A stretch of DNA of 64,000 bases, from the NCBI GenBank assembly GCA_053919585.1, contig CM132789.1. The stretch is one strand, 5' to 3'. Source of the DNA: Euprymna scolopes (lineage: Eukaryota). Positions 61,506 through 64,000 of the stretch are shown piece by piece (within the stretch, counting starts at the first letter, position 1; every line of letters begins with the position of its first letter). Below the pieces are notes generated by a model. That model had not been told where the DNA came from, searched no databases, and saw nothing but the letters and a program-made list of their open reading frames with translations. A program made the translations under genes and the position numbers.

Positions 61506-62392
61506 TAGACTATCCGTGACCCGTTGGGTCAGTATGTTATATATTAGCTATGGAATTCATGTATGAGCGTGACACTTGTGACATAAAGAAAATAGTTTTT
61601 TTTTTAACATAGCAGAAACATTTCTATGAAAGTATATTAAAATGAAAAATCACGGATGGATCACTCAAACATGAAATAAAAATCCTCCCTATTCGTGTAA
61701 AGTTACCTATTTTTCTGAATAATCGCTCAAAAATCGAAAGTTAAACGTGATTTTCCTACGAATCGAATGCCGACAAAAGTCATTTAGCAGCAAAATGCAC
61801 ATGAACCTACCGATGAGAAATATAAGAATGAAAAACCCATATTGGAATCCTTCAACCAAGTTATAGAAACTTAAAATCTAAAAAAAAAATTATAAATAAA
61901 ACCTGAAGCAAAAAAATAAAACCTAAATAAATAAAATAAAATAAAACTAATATTGAAACAGATTAGTAAATGTGTCAACAAATTCACCGTTCTCACACAA
62001 CTATTTTGTATCTAGAAATGTAAACAAAAAATAAAAAAGGAAGGAAAAGGGACGGATAGAGAGTAGTAGTAGTAGTTTTGGCTTTACTACAATTGTTCTT
62101 ATGTTTGTCAACGGGTTAAAGTTGTTTAGTTGTAAGAAAATAGTGACAGTATAGTTGTAATAAAGAATAGTTGCAAAACACCCCCACTCTTCCCATGTTA
62201 AATAATAATTTCAAAATAATAATGTAATATTTCAGTGCGTAGGTCAAAATCTGAAAAAGAAGCGATTTGTGTTTATTTCTTTACGTTGTTATGGGTTAAT
62301 GTTTATGCGCGCATGCGCAACCGGATGTCGTAAACCGGAAAGTGGGTAACATCACTCGTTACAAGGTCATTTGAGTTTTATAATTATATATA
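61505..62392 (-). mobile_element. Non-autonomous Helitron
   Basis: Minus strand ends with perfect hairpin TGACCC-aac-GGGTCA (61517-61531), 8 nt, then CTAG|T (61505-61508). The 5' end TATATATAATTATAAAACTCAA lacks the canonical TC. Confidence 0.7.
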
Positions 62393-62638
62393 CCTGTTCC
62401 AGGACGGATAGAACTAATTCCCTAAACAGAATAGTTTTTCTCCACGTTTATCTCCCCTTCCAAAGATTAAAATCAAGATATAGTGCTACTAAACCTTATG
62501 TTAAAATCCTGATTTCAATTTTGATCAAAATTTATTACATAATTTTCATTCCAGGAAATGTTTATGTGGGATCTATTTAGAGATAATTATTATTCTTATT
62601 TAAATAGGGTGAAGGATTTCTTTCTGAATTTATTCAGT

Positions 62639-63744
62639 ATCACTGGAAGAATACTTAACATAATTAAATCCTTCTTAGATAAGAGAAAAATCCAGGTTGT
62701 CCTCGACGGTCGTACATCTAAACAATATGATATAAATGTGGGAGTGCCTCAAGGGTCTATCCTTGAACCTCTATTATTCCTAATATTCATAAATGACCTC
62801 CCTGACAAAATTGTCTGTGAGATGGGTATATATGCTGACGACACCATGCTCTATAACAGACACGACAGGAAAACAAATGAACACATATCTAAAGAAATAG
62901 AAACACTAGAGGATGATCTCTGGTCTATAGTGGAATGGGGACAAAAATGGATGGTCACATTCAATGCTGCCAAGACTAAACTTGTTTCCTTCAATAATTA
63001 CAAGAAACCTTCTCTACCACCAAGGGCAATGGCCAAAGACACTTTATCTGGAAGTACATCTTTTAAACTCCTTGGGCTAACGTTCACAGGAAATATTAGT
63101 TGGAATAATTACATTGAGAGTATTGCCAGGACCGCTGCGAAAAAGGTGAGTTCTCTCTACCGGGCTAGAAAGCTACTAACGCCCGAAAGTATCCTGTACC
63201 TCTATAAGGCCACCATTCGCCCATGTATGGAGTATTGTTGTCATATTTGGCCGGTGCATCTGCTACTAGTCTCTCACACCTAGACAATGTTCAAAAGAGA
63301 GTCACCAACCTGATAGGTCCTGAACTGTCATCTAAACTTCAGCCTCTGTCCCATCGACGAAATGTTGCATCCCTCTGCCTGTTCTACAAGTACCTTGACA
63401 GTGATTGCTCTAACAAACTGCAAGCACTTGTACCCCCTCGACATAAATACCCCCGACAAACCCGACAAGCAGCTAAATCCCACCCCTTCACAGTAGAGAT
63501 CCCCAGATGTAAGAGAGCCTTCTACTCCAGTAGTTTCTTCCCCAGAACCACTAGACTTTGGACCCTTCCGGGTCCCTGCTTCCCCAACTGTACTGACATG
63601 CAGAAGTTGAAGTATAACGTGGACAAACATTTTGCTGCCCAACTCCCTACATAGTAACCCTGTAGCTTATGTCCCTGATAGTAGCCCCCTAAATCAAAGT
63701 GGCAACGTGCCTTGTATGAGATGAAAATGTAATTTAAAAAAAAA
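62639..63744 (+). mobile_element. 5'-truncated subfamily B LINE with poly(A) and 7-bp TSD
   Basis: RT C-half (GVPQGSIL, YADD, MEYCCHIW) closely matching 45070-46157; ATTCAGT at 62632-62638 and 63745-63751. Confidence 0.93.
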
Positions 63745-64000
63745 ATTCAGTTGGCAGGAGGAACTGTCTGACTTGCTATTTGCTTTATCTCTGTCTTTAA
63801 TTATACATACTAGAAGAATACTTGTTCCAGGACAGGTAAAATGAATTCCCCAAACAGAAGTTTTTCACAATGCTACTTAAACTTTATGTTCAGAATCCTT
63901 ATTCTAATTTGTATCAAAATCCATTACATGATTTGGATTCAAGAAAATGTTCAAATGAAGTCTTCAAATGAAATTAAAACTCAAAGAATCTTGTTTAATT

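Overview
AT-rich, repeat-dense animal genomic DNA with two N-gaps and no prokaryotic features. The repeat landscape is compatible with an invertebrate such as a cephalopod mollusc, but that is inference only. The one host gene I can support is a + strand LAP-family leucine-rich-repeat gene (Lap1/Erbin/Densin type). Only two short internal exons are visible (48530-48647 and 55106-55184), so most of the window appears to be giant introns. These introns hold CR1/L2-group LINEs (two subfamilies, one near full length), RTE and R4/Dong LINE relics, a hAT element with an 8-bp TSD and a BED-finger remnant, a young Tc1 (DD34E, IR/DR ends), a deleted mariner, non-autonomous Helitrons/Helentron, a probable solo LTR and several SINE-like families. 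The most interesting signals are RNA-level: (i) a Naiad-type Penelope-like retroelement with hammerhead ribozyme motifs in both pseudo-LTRs, flanked by (TA)n and carrying three nested insertions; (ii) a ~230-bp palindrome made of two divergent hammerheads, plus several more decayed hammerheads; (iii) a Pol III/tRNA-headed SINE-like family ending in a Penelope-type hammerhead-like tail; (iv) a 5S rRNA-headed SINE with a 10-bp TSD; (v) a candidate frame-preserving 51-nt cassette exon in the LAP gene. All calls were made by eye, without database searches.
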